Below are positions 52,579 to 64,000 of a DNA stretch of 64,000 nucleotides, piece after piece. Source of the DNA: the human T2T-CHM13v2.0 reference genome, Homo sapiens. The notes below the pieces were generated by a model, which did not search any database, was not told where the DNA came from, and saw only the letters and a list, made by a program, of their open reading frames with translations. Where the stretch lies: NCBI RefSeq assembly GCF_009914755.1, contig NC_060932.1. One strand, 5' to 3'. Positions within the stretch are counted from its first letter, which is position 1. Each line of letters opens with the position of its first letter. The position numbers were made by a program, and so were the translations under genes.

Positions 52579-53020
52579 TTACACATTTTTCAGGACAAAA
52601 CTCCCAAAGTTAAATTTAAAAAGTCTTAGTGGAAAATAGGCTTACTGGAGCCCTCTTAGCCAGTGTTTTAAACATGTAACATCTGCAGAGCTAAGTAAAG
52701 GGCACCCTTTTTGATGGAGATGAGGTGTACATCTAGGATGAGAAGGACACTCATTGAATAAGTTATTGAGAACATGCCTTGCCTCAGGTAAGCAAATATT
52801 TTCTGAGGATCATGCAGGAAAAAAATTACAGAGTACTCTGATCTATTTTTTGCCTTTAAGTTTGGGAGCTGGAAGGAAAAGGATCAAAGAGTATAGTAGT
52901 AAGTTGACATTGAATGAACCAATGAACAGCTCCATCTTGGCCCTGAGGAGTCTAATTAATTGGTTTTGGAGAGCTTCACACTAGCTGGCTATGGGCTCTT
53001 GTAGGACTCACTTCATATTT

Positions 53021-53249
53021 ATGGCTGGGGATAATATGAGGTGAGTGAGGCACTAACTTTGGGTGCTAAATTTAAGGGATGCTGAAAACCTCAGTAATCA
53101 AGATAAATTAAATTTTAAAGCAATGATTTAAAATTCAAAATCACTGCCAAAAGATGATGAACAAATTGTCAAACTTTTAAATAAAGACTGGCTCTAGCCT
53201 TGGATTTGTACAACCTGACTTCATTGGTCTCATCGTAATCCTGGCCCCT
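53021..53249. mobile_element. hAT-Tip100 MITE (Arthur1A/MER69A-like)
   Basis: GAGGTGAGTGAGGCACT ... AAATTTAAGGG ... CTCAGTAATCAAGATAAAT ... TTTTAAATAAAGAC ... CCTGGCCCCT. Confidence 0.55.
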
Positions 53250-53569
53250 AACAGGCAATAAAGCCCTTGGAAAACCCAGGAATAAGGTGGAAGTCTTCAA
53301 TACCTGGGAGATTATGGGAACGCAGGAGTTTGGGGTGTGATTGGAAAAAGTCCTGGAAGATTTCAGTGGTAGTTGTTCTGTTGAGAGAGAGCACTACGCT
53401 CTGTTGAGAGAGAGCACTACAAGCAAGAGGTTTCATGCTTGTCAGTTTTGTTCCATATTGTATTTCAGTGCCAATGTCTATTTAATATAGTTGTATTAGT
53501 TAAATTATTTATGCCGTTTTTAAAGAAAGGCTATTTTTATTGAATTATTTTTATTTTTATTTTTTTGGT

Positions 53570-54030
53570 TTGGGCTTTCCCAAAAGCAGATCCCAGACAA
53601 GGACTTGGGTGCCAGCAGTTAATTTGGAGGTGATACTAGGAGGCTCTGGTAGGGGAGTGAGGAAGGGAGTCAAGGAAGGCAGGAGGCCGCCAGTAAAGGG
53701 TGCATGACTGAGTAGCTGCTGCTGCACTCATCTGAGACTCAACTGTGCTGAGAACTCCATTGAGAAACAGAATGGGACATATCTCAGAATTGTCCACTTG
53801 GGGCTGAGGCCACTAGGGCATTTATCTACTAATGCTTGTCCTTTATTAGTTGGAAGCATTATCTCCCTGGTCTGCCCTGAGAGAGGGCCAAGTGCATTCC
53901 TGTGGCAGATAAAGACCACAGTCCAAGAGATGTAGGAACTTAGAGTAAGAAGGTGGAGGAGTATACAGGAGCTGTCACCCAACTGCAGGTGACCTGTGGG
54001 ATGTGCTAATGGGATGAGCACAGAACAGTG
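53570..54030 (-). mobile_element. ERVL LTR, LTR16-like
   Basis: CCCAAAAGCAGATCCCAGACAAGGACTTGGGTGC.AGCAGTT.ATTTGGAGGTGAT ... GGGAGTGAGGAAGGGAG ... CCAGTAAAGGGTGC. Confidence 0.7.
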
Positions 54031-54599
54031 ATGTGCATGTAGTGCAGCCATAATATTCAAAAAGAATAACAGCCTATAATAGGACATGCCTCTTCAAGCA
54101 CATTGGATGACCAGGGCTCATTTGGAGGGATGGTCTTCCAGGTCAGGAGACACTGTGCAACTCAAGGATGCTGTTGGAGTCACAACCAAAGAAGTATATG
54201 TCATCTTGCAACTGGGAACTAGCCTTTGGCCTTTCTTTGTTGGCTACCTTTAGTTGGTTGGATGCTGGACCTGTTGATGACCAGACAGCAGTGACAAGAC
54301 TAAGAAGGCCCAAGGCAGGGCTCCAGAGGAGATTCTGAAGCCATCACAAGCTAGACCCATCTCTGAGACTCTTAGAGTCTTCCTATAACAAGTATCCTTT
54401 GCACTAAGGGTAATTACCTCCTCTGTAAAACATGGCAGGTGGTTGAGATTAAGAGTAAAAATAAATTTCCTTGGCCTGGAAGGGAGGGAACTGGTTAAAT
54501 ATTAAGATTTGACTTAATTCCTTAGTAGCCAGACTGTGAACAGAAAGAAAACATAGAATTACATTTTGTACTTGGGTCACTTGTATAATCAGTGTGATT

Positions 54600-54820
54600 A
54601 ATAATTGCTAATGTTTTTTATTGATGACTACATGTTAGGCACTGTACCATATACTTTACATTCCAGACCTCACTGAATCCTTCCAACAACACAGTAAGAG
54701 AGGTAGCCTACATATTTCCAATTCACATATGTGGGATCTGAGACTCAGAGAGGTTAAGTAACTTGCAAATGTCCTGGGAATAGTGAGGGGTAGAACAGCC
54801 ATTTGAAGCCAGGCACAACT
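54600..54820 (-). mobile_element. MIR
   Basis: TAGGCACTGTAC ... CTCACTGAATCCTTCCAACAAC ... CTGAGACTCAGAGAGGTTAAGTAACTTGC. Confidence 0.75.
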
Positions 54821-56879
54821 CTACGAACCTGGGGAAAAGTTCCATAAGATGACTGCTACAATTGTGTATGCCTTCTGAAATGCTTTGCCTATAGGTGGGC
54901 CAAGGGGTGAACTGCATTGTGATTTTTAAGTTGAGGTCTTTGGTTTCATAAAATGGCTAATGTGAGAAGACTGTCAAGACATTTGATGTTGCAGAAAGCT
55001 GATGCCAAGTCTCTGGGTGTGTGTGGAAGTATCCGTGTGTGTCAAGTGGTTGAGATAGCCCCTGCAGACCACCTCGTGCCCTAACATTCCAAATGCGGCT
55101 CAGACTTCCCAAGAACAGGCCATCTTCTGTGGGATGGGAGCTCTGGAGCAACGATGTCCTGTGAGTCAGGTGACTGATATGCTTATTTTTGGGTCCCACC
55201 CTTTGCTGGCTGTTTGACTTCAGGCAAGGGACTTAGTCACCAGGGAACCTACTTTTCTCATCTGTAAAATGATGATAATGAGGCCCGACTCCTACCTTCC
55301 TCACAGGGAGGGCAGGAAGCTTCCTGAGATCACCTCACCAGAGCCTTTTGATCTGCTTGAAAGAATCCTCCTTAATTGCCCAGTCAGGCACTCCAGCGGC
55401 TGGGCGAAAGTTTTATGACCCAGGATTCCCACAGCCCGTAATACACACGCTCCCAGAAGCCCTCTTAGGTTTTCAATGACAGATTCAGCTGCCGAACATT
55501 CTGCCAGGCCATCACCAGAGATTTCTCAAAGCCTTAGTCATATAATAGGCGGTTTCCCAGGGGTGCTTTTGCCAGTGCTTCCACTGATTCATGTCGATTC
55601 CTTTAGAGCTCCTATGAACAGTTTCCCAGCCCTTCCCAGACTGGTCCACAGCAGTCAAGTCTGGCCTCATGGAATGCTGCCAGTCTTCAGGTCACAACCA
55701 AGATGTACTTTTGAACATCTGCTTTCGGTTTTTTAAAGGGTTCTTTAAATGAGTAGTGTGCTTGCTTTCCCATTTCTTGTCTGCACCGTCACGAAAGCCT
55801 TCTAACATATTTGTCTGTCTCCAGCCTTGCTCTCTCCCTATGTTCGTGCATTGCAACCTGATAAGCAGGATATATTTCTTCCTCAAACTCATCGTGGAGT
55901 CCCCTCCTTGTCCGCAGAATGAAAATCAAACACATTAAATCCAAAGTCCTGCTCCTTTGCCCCCAACTCCCAACTCAAAATCTGGACCCAAGTTTCCTCT
56001 CTTCCCTCATGTCTCACCTCTTCCCATTGTTAGGTCATTTATTCAGTCAATCTTTGCTGTCACCTCCTATATTGCAGGTGCTGCATTAAACTCTGGGGAA
56101 AAAAATCATGTGCCCCAACCCCCATGAGGCTCCCAGCATTGTGGGAGATGCAGGCCATAAGTGAGCAAGCACAGGCAGCTTGATCAGTGTGGTGCTGAAT
56201 GTGGAGGGGCTCTAATAGCCCACTGGAGGGGAGGCTGCATCTGCCTGGGGCGAGGGCGAGATGTCCAGCACTTAAGGATGAATAAATAGGATGTTGCCTG
56301 ACAATGAGTCAGGGGTGGGAGTGGGGAGTGGAAAACATGGCCCGAGCGTCCCAGCAAGAAGGACTTAGATGTGAGAGACAGTATGAGGAGTTGTGAACTG
56401 ACACAACGGTGGCAATTTATGGCTTGGGAAGAAGCCCAGTTCCTGAATGCCCTGGTGAGCCTTGTTAAGAGATCTGGACTTTATCCTGAAAGAAAAGAAA
56501 CCATAAGCCGGGTGGTGATGTGGTCCCCACCCTCCCGACTTGGCAACCTGTCAGGTGCTCTTGGACTCCCAGGTCTCTGCCAGGGCTGGTCTTTCTTTGT
56601 TCTTCCTTATTCCCCCTCTCCCTTTCCTCCTCCTACTGTGGCACCATCTTTCATGAGTCCATTCAAATGCCATCTGTTTTTTGAAGACCTCCTGGATCCC
56701 AGGGTCAAATGAATTATTCCTGTGGGCACCTGGAGTTCATTGCTTGTACGTTACCATTTATCACATTCTACTTTGTATTTTATGGTACTTGTACCTGTTC
56801 ATCTCGCCAACTGGACTGAAAACTCCTTAAAGGGCATATTTATTCTGGAATATTTATCTCTACACTTCCCACAGCACCA

Positions 56880-57080
56880 TAGCATATGGTGCTTTGAGCC
56901 AGGCCTCCCTTCAAGCTCTGGGTTCCATTGCTTATTAGTTCTGTGATCTTGGACAAGTCACTTTATCTCTGAGACCTTGAGTTGCCTCATCTATAAAATG
57001 GGGGCAATGTTTTTTATTGCATAGGTTAATTGGAGGATTAAGTAAAGTACCTTGTTAACACTCAATAAACATTAGCTGCT
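56880..57080 (+). mobile_element. MIR
   Basis: CTGTGATCTTGGACAAGTCACTTTATCTCTGAG ... CCTCATCTATAAAATGGGG ... GGAGGATTAAGT. Confidence 0.8.
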
Positions 57081-60000
57081 GTCCTCCTCCTTCTGGTTTC
57101 TGGCTCAGGAAGATTGCCGCAACACCTTGGGAGAGCATCCCTGAGGGAGGGAAGCCTCACTTTTCCCATGGGCCCAGAGGGAGTGCTGGGTGCATGAGCA
57201 AGATCCCGTCTGCACTTGCTTGCTGAGTGCCCAGGGAGAGAGGTGGAATATAAGCGCTATTGTGTAGAGTCTTGGTTATCACAACAGTTGTTGCCACCCA
57301 TTCTAATCTGATCATTTCTTTGACGTCTTCTATGTGACATTTCCTTAATGTGAACAAAAAGAGAATGTTGAGGTGATTTTCAAGAAACAAATTAAATAAT
57401 ATGAGTCTCCTTGTCTAGGATTATGACTTAAATCATGGTGCCCTCCCAGGGGGAAGAGAAAATAGTGATCTGCCAATCAGTCTTTCCCTTTTCTACTTGG
57501 TTGTTGGTCAGCCCATGTATAGAATCTGTACCGTGAGATTACAAGGGTCTTTGTCATGGTGTGGTTGTCATTGTCATTACTAGTAGCAGCAGCAGCAGCC
57601 TTCTATTCTTCCTCCTCCTCCTTCTCACTGCCATTTGGGTGGGATGCAGGATGGATACCCTCTTCCTCACCTCCCCTGCCATTCTCTAGAGACCCAATCT
57701 GCACGTGTGGCCTCATAGGTCACTGTACTTTTTTGACACACACAGCAGCCCCAGCAGGCAGGCAGAGCAACCGCTCTCATCTGAATTGCCAAGGAAACTG
57801 TGGCACAGAAAGTCAATGACTCGCTCACATCACAGCACAAGCTGGAAGTTGAGTGGGGCATGTACAGGGCTGGGGTGGAGACCCTGGTTACCTGAAACCT
57901 GAAGAGGGTGATTTGAAAGAGAGAACAGCCTTGTTTCTCGGCAGCTGGCTCTGGTTTTCTGTTGATAGGACATCACCATGATGTCTGAGCAATTTTTTAA
58001 GTCCCAGTGGGAGTCAGTTCCTATTTCTGCCAATTTCTGGTTCTGTGTGCCTGAAACATATCAATGCTGGCTGCATAAATAAATATCGAGGGAGCAGAGG
58101 AAGAATGATAAGGAGATAAGGTTCACCTTTGGGTTTATGGGGCTGGTGTGATTTCTGGAATATTCCACAAATGCACCTTGCTTTCCTTCTTTGGCTCACA
58201 GAGGTGTGAAATTGCTTGTGCCTATTTGTCCTCTATGGGAAGTGCTAGGGACAGGCCTCCTTTCTCACTCTACTGCTGTACTCATCATATTTCCTCATGG
58301 GAAGAGCAGAAATATTGGTGTACTGGGGAGGCTGGAAGGACTGATGATCTCTAGTTCACCTTGGTCTATTAAGCGGAGTTAATATTTTAAGACTTCATGT
58401 CTCTTTTTTCCTTCTGGACCCGCCTGGAATCTGACCTGGTTCCTTGCACTTTCACTTTTCATGATTTAATGCCCTCTCTCTCTCTGATGATGTTGTAGGA
58501 AAATTTTTGGCCAAAGAACAGAAGTGATTCATGTTTTGCCAGCCTCTTAATTAACTAAAGCCAAAAAATTGTAATCAGGTAGGGTGTGAAAGGTTTAGAA
58601 ATCCAAGAATACCACCAAATAAATTTTCCAACATGGCTCTTTTTATCGTCTACTCAAGATAATACTGAAATACAATCGGGTGTTAGTGGCCTTGCCTTCA
58701 CATATCTCTGCTGGAGAAATTTCTTTCCTGGGATAGTGTCAAGCAATTCTGAACAGTGACGATCCTTCCCCTCTTCTATTCCTGCCCACTCCCACCCTTA
58801 TTGGAGGAAGACAGAGAGGTCCCTTCATGGTTCAGTTCCTGGAACATAAGCTCGTCACTGCTTGCCTGGGGACAAGGTGACCTGCCCCCTTCTTTTACAC
58901 TTGAGCTAAGTGGCAAAAGTGACATTCAATTGCTATTTCTTCTTCTCATTTGGGGCCCTGGGAGCTCGGTCTCCTCTAACCTCTAATAGATTTATTACAA
59001 AGTAGCAAATGTGGAAAAGATCTCATGATTTACAGCAAGATATAAAGGCCCTGAAGAACGCTTTGTCTTCCATTTCCTACTCTTTGTTGTAACATCCATA
59101 AATTGTCTCTTGGGAAAGCAGGAGCCTAGCCTTGGGTTCCGTGTTCTCCTATTTTTCTCAAGGGAAGGATGGAATGTCGCATGGCAGGCAGCCAAGATGC
59201 TCGGCCTTCCAGGCAGGAACTTTAAGGCAGGATGCCTGTGGGGTGGGAGGCCGCTCAGTCTCCAGCACCTTGACCTGTGCGGGCTGTTGTGTGGGTGGGC
59301 TCTCTCTGGAGGTAGGAGGTGCCGGAGCTTGAGGTCCTTAAGCCCAGCTGCACTCTATATTCACCCAAATGGCATGAAACACAATCCCTGGAGGTGGGCC
59401 GAGGCATTAGGAGTTTTTTTTTTTAAAAAGCTCCCCAGTGATTCTAATATACAATATGTACCATTGTCCCAAGGCAATTTCCAGTTCTAAAGATTATTAT
59501 AAAACATTTTTACTAAAGTGAATATTTTTCTCTTTACAGACAGTTCTTTTCATCCATTATCTAGTGGCAGTTAAGTACATAGTGGGAGAATTACCTAGTA
59601 CCTAGTGAAAGAAGAAGGGGTGAGCAATGGCACTCCCAGCTCCAGTGCTTTCTAAGAGCATGGCGTCTATAGACCTTCACCCTTCAACTTTCAAGCAGTT
59701 CCTCAAGGTGGATGCTGCCATTTAAATAAGATTCAACTGAGGAAACTATAGCTTAGACAAGTTTAGGGACATGCTTAAGGTTCATACGATAGATCGATGG
59801 TGGAGCCAGGATTTGAATGCAGGCTTTCTTGGCCCTAAAGCCCAATTTCCTTGCTTTCTACCTGTGAATAGCACTCCGCTGGATCTTTCTTCTCTCTTTC
59901 AACCTTCATGGTAGCAGTTTAGAGCCCCTCCTTCTCTGAGGCCTCCAGACAACAGGATCTGCTATAATCATATCCTCCAGATTGTCCTGGCAACCCCAGT

Positions 60001-60787
60001 GGCCAAGAATTCTTTCTTCTTGACCCAAAGGATCCCTCTATATTCCTAAAATTCTCTAATGTGAGCATCCAAATGAATCCCTCCCTCTCCAAAATGGCAT
60101 AATATTTCGATCTGATCTGTATCTCGATTTTCAGCTTGGAAGAAACAGTCACCGTAAGCATAGCTCACATAGAACCTTCCCTTCTCCACACATTCCCATC
60201 CCCCAAAAGCCTGGGCCCGTCAGGAGCAAGAAACACCAAACTGTGGTCACTTTGCAGCACTTTCTTACTATTCCTCCCAGTTTGTCCTGTTCTCTTCAGC
60301 TGGGTGATAGCTGTCCTGAGGCTGGCATGGTGGCCTAGGAGGAAATGTAACAAGACCTCCTGGTCTCCATTAAAAGTCAATTGTAAAAAAAACTGTATGA
60401 GAAGATGGGCTTAGCAGAGGCACCTGTGATATATACTTAGAATTTGATTCACAGGAAACTCTGTTTGCATCAACAGTAGGATCTGACCTCCCGCCTCCAA
60501 GCATACCTGATGTGGCCCTGTGGTGTATTCCTGAAAGTGGAACTGGAAGGGGGTTAGTGCTGTTCTCCTGCAAGTCAGGCCCATCTGGGCCTGGTGAGTT
60601 TTAGGCAGTGACTTGGAGAAGGGTCTACACAAACCGGAAGGTGTTAAGCAGATGTCAGTTGGCATGATGCGGGAATTTGACGCGTTATATGAAAACAAAA
60701 CCAAAAACCAAAAAGTTTGCATAACTTGGAGTGGATATGGGAAAGAGAGATAACTTTATTCTTTAAGGTCCCAAGGGCTACTAATTA

Positions 60788-61155
60788 TGTATTAGTTGGG
60801 CTAGGCTAAGCTGTGGTGCAGTAATAAGCCACAAGCATTTCAGCAGTTTCACCCAATAATAGTTTACCTCTCATTGTGCTGAAGTGCAGTGAAGATTGAG
60901 TTCTCTTTAATTTTGTAGTGACATTATGTGGAACATGTAGCCTCTGGGGCTGCTGCGGCAGGGGGAGAAATGGGGGGAAGAGGCATATTAGCTTCAAGTT
61001 GCCTCAGACTGGATGTGGTGAATGTCACTGCCACTCACAATCCATCAGAACTGGATCACCTGGTCCCAGTATAACTGCAAGGGAACAGGTGGTCAGTTTC
61101 CAGCAGAGTCATGGAAGTGCAGAGTCGTGGATGAATATATTTGGTGAGCACTAGC
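60788..61155 (-). mobile_element. Old MaLR LTR fragment (MLT1-type)
   Basis: TGTATTAGTTGGGCTAGGCTAAGCTGTGGTGCAGTAATAA ... AACTGCAAGGGA ... GAATATATTTGGTGAGCACTA. Confidence 0.55.
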
Positions 61156-61892
61156 CCAGTCATGAACTGGGATCCTTAGTAGTTCTCCATGGTATTGGAA
61201 TAAAATCCAGGTTCTTTGTCATGTGCCTTTCCACATTGCTGCATGGCCTCTACTTTTCTCAGCTGTAGTCTTACCTAGTCTCTTACTCCTCTTCCCCTCA
61301 TTCAACCTGAAAGTGACACTTCAATGCCTCTAATTGAGGCATCACTTGTGCCTGGCATGCTCCTCCCTATTCTCTCTTACCCACACTCTTCAACACCTGG
61401 CTAATGCCTACTTCTCCTCCAGAACTCAACTCTGTATTTACAAGGCCAAGGCTTATCCCAAGGCCAAGCCTTATCCCTGAACCAGAATTCAGATTCAAGT
61501 CTTGGTTCTCAAGTTGGATCGTCTGCTATTGAATGCCAGAGTTACCACTTGCGTGACCATGGGCAAGTTAGTTACTTTACCTCTCTGGGTCTAAGATTAT
61601 CATCTATAAAATATAGATAACAATAGTACTTATCTCATAGGATCCTTCAGAAGGTTAAAAAGACAACTGACTTGTACCACTTGGTATATTGTCTGGTTCT
61701 TTGTGAGCACTGAATGATTGCTAGCTCTCATTAGGAAATGGAATAATAATACTAATAGTTCTCAGGGTTGCTATGAGGCTCAAAGGAGATGTGGGGTATA
61801 AAAAGCATGATGCAGGAGTGACTCGCCTGAGCAAACAGGAACCCAGATCTCCTGGCTCCTGGTCCAGTGCTCCTTTCTGCTGTATCATAGAG

Positions 61893-62116
61893 CAGGGATC
61901 AGCAAAAACAGCTCACAAGCCAAATCCAGCCCACTGCTTCTTTTTAGAAATAAAGTTTTATTGGAAACACAGCCATGCCCGTTTGCTTACGTGTCATCTA
62001 TTTGTGGCTTTTATGTTACTATGGCAGAGTTGAGTAGTTGTGACAAAGGCCACATGACCCAGGAAGCCAACAATGTTTACTATCTGGCATGTTGGAGAAA
62101 AAGTCTGCCAGTCCGG
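61893..62116. mobile_element. MER58A
   Basis: CAGGGATCAGCAAA ... GCCAAATCCAGCCCACTGC ... AATAAAGTTTTATTGGAAACACAGCCATGCCC ... GGCAGAGTTGAGTAGTTGTGACA. Confidence 0.88.
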
Positions 62117-62318
62117 ACCTAGAGTGTCAGCTGGCTGTCCCACTCTTCTGAAGTCTTTCCCTTTTCTTTAGTTAACACTACTTCTGGAACGCCATATGCC
62201 AAGCACTGTTTTACATATTTTATAAATATAGAGTTATTGAATCCTGGTAACAACTCCGTGAGGTGGATATTATTTTCCCCATTTTTTCAGATCAGGAAAT
62301 TGAGGTTCAGAAATGTTA

Positions 62319-62656
<338 letters not shown>

Positions 62657-62925
62657 CTAACTGGTGACCCACATTCAAATCTAGGTACTGTGGCTCCAGA
62701 ATCCCTACTTGTCCCACTGTACTCTGCATACCACCCAAGCTTGCCACAGAAACACAGGTTTGGGGTGCTGGGGATGCTTAGACAGCATTGGAGCTGACAC
62801 CCTTTTTTACCAGGTGATGGCCAGGCTTCTGGGGACACTGAGGCTCATGAGGGAAAGGAACGTGTTCAAACTTTCCAGCAAGGTCTGCGTGCTCTAGGAG
62901 GTGAGAGGTTGTCCCAAAGTGACAA

Positions 62926-63212
62926 CATTTGGGAGGCCGAGGTGGGCAGATTTCTTGAGCTCAGGAGTTTGAGACCAGCCTGGGCAACATGGTGAAACCC
63001 CGTCTCCACAAAACAAAAAACAATAAACAAAAAACAAAAATTAGCCTGGCATGGGCACGTGCCTGTAGTCCCAGCTACGCAGGGGACTGAGGCGGGAGGA
63101 TCATTTCAGCTCGAGAGGTCAAAGGTGTGACGAGCCAAGATTGCATAAGTACACTCCAGCCTGAGTGACACAGTGAGACTCTGGCTGAAAAAAAAAAAAA
63201 AGAAAAGAAAAA
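62926..63212 (+). mobile_element. AluJ, slightly 5'-truncated
   Basis: TTTGGGAGGCCGAGG ... CTTGAGCTCAGGAG ... GGAGGATC and an A tail. Flanks AAAGT(G/A)ACAA. Confidence 0.9.
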
Positions 63213-63214
63213 GT

Positions 63215-63400
63215 AACAAGAATAAAGCAGTTTTATTAGGAAAATTTAAGAACACATAAAAGAAGAGAGAATATGAGGTTTAATGAACCCCACATACCCT
63301 TACCCGTCAGCCAGCTTCAACAGTTATCAACATTTTGGCAATGTAATTTCATCTATTACCTCCCAATTTTAGGATGGGGAGCAGAGTTTAAAAAACATAT
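63215..63400 (-). mobile_element. Old L1M (L1MC/ME-like) 3' fragment
   Basis: AACACATAAAAGAAGAGAGAATA ... TAATGAACCCCACATACCC ... GCTTCAACAGTTATCAACATTTTGGC. Confidence 0.65.
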
Positions 63401-63404
63401 CCTA

Positions 63405-63672
63405 GGGCAGGCACAGTGGCTCATGCCTGTAATCCCAGCACTTTGGGAGGCCGAGGCGGGCAGATCACCTGAGGTTAGGAGTTTGAGACCAGCCTGACCA
63501 ACATAGTGAAAACCCATCTCTACTAAAAATATACAAAAGTTAGACAGGTGTGGTGGTGGGCACATGTAATCCCAGCTACTCAGGAGGCTGAGGCAGGAGA
63601 ATCGCTTGAACCCGAGATGCGGAGGCTGCAGTGAGCTGAGATTACGCCTCTGTACTCCACCCTGGGAGACAA
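63405..63672 (+). mobile_element. AluS (Sp/Sq-like), 3' end and tail missing
   Basis: CAGATCACCTGAGGT ... CAGCCTGACCAACA, ending abruptly at CTGGGAGACAAG. Confidence 0.9.
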
Positions 63673-64000
63673 GTTTTATATATATATCTGGCATCCTGTT
63701 ACTTTACACATAAATACTCTAGGGTCCAAATTTCTTTTGGTGAAGGGTTTGAGAGAGAAAACCCTCAGCCTAGGTTAGCACTCTGGGGCAGAATGGGTGG
63801 CTGTGATGAGGGAGGGTGCTGCATTTTCTGCAACCATCAGGGCAGGTTTGCACACACACATCTATCTTTCCCTGGGCCCTGACTCCAGCCCCAGGCCTCC
63901 CTCCCTTATGACTAATGCCAGGGCCTGCCAGATTCAGGCAGCTCCTGGGGGAAAAAAAACACCTTGTGAAATGCTGTCTGAAACTAGGATGAGAAAAAAA

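Overview
This is primate (human-like) non-coding genomic DNA. It holds about 16 Alus (J, S and Y types), a 2.5 kb old L1M, many MaLR/ERV solo LTRs (MLT1, THE1, MER4, MER41A, LTR33, LTR16-like), DNA-transposon relics (MER58A, MER44, MER3, MADE1, Arthur-like) and dense MIR and L2 fragments. I find no credible protein-coding exon and no CpG island. The listed ORFs are Alu, L1 or low-complexity artefacts, and I cannot name the locus. Repeat family calls come from remembered consensus sequences and identities were counted by eye. I found no convincing new multi-gene system. The strongest observations are: (1) a ~98%-identical 274-bp inverted repeat (48233-48506 / 48909-49182) around a 402-bp spacer, with a much more diverged donor copy nearby, which fits a gene-conversion-maintained invertible cassette; (2) a tailless 5'-half tRNA-Arg(CCT) retrocopy with a 17-bp target duplication, whose two mismatches fall at commonly modified tRNA positions 9 and 16; (3) several more local templated duplications of different ages; (4) a MADE1 hairpin with a compensatory base-pair change; and (5) a CTCF core-plus-upstream site next to a dense RFX/ETS/AP-1/GC-box cluster.
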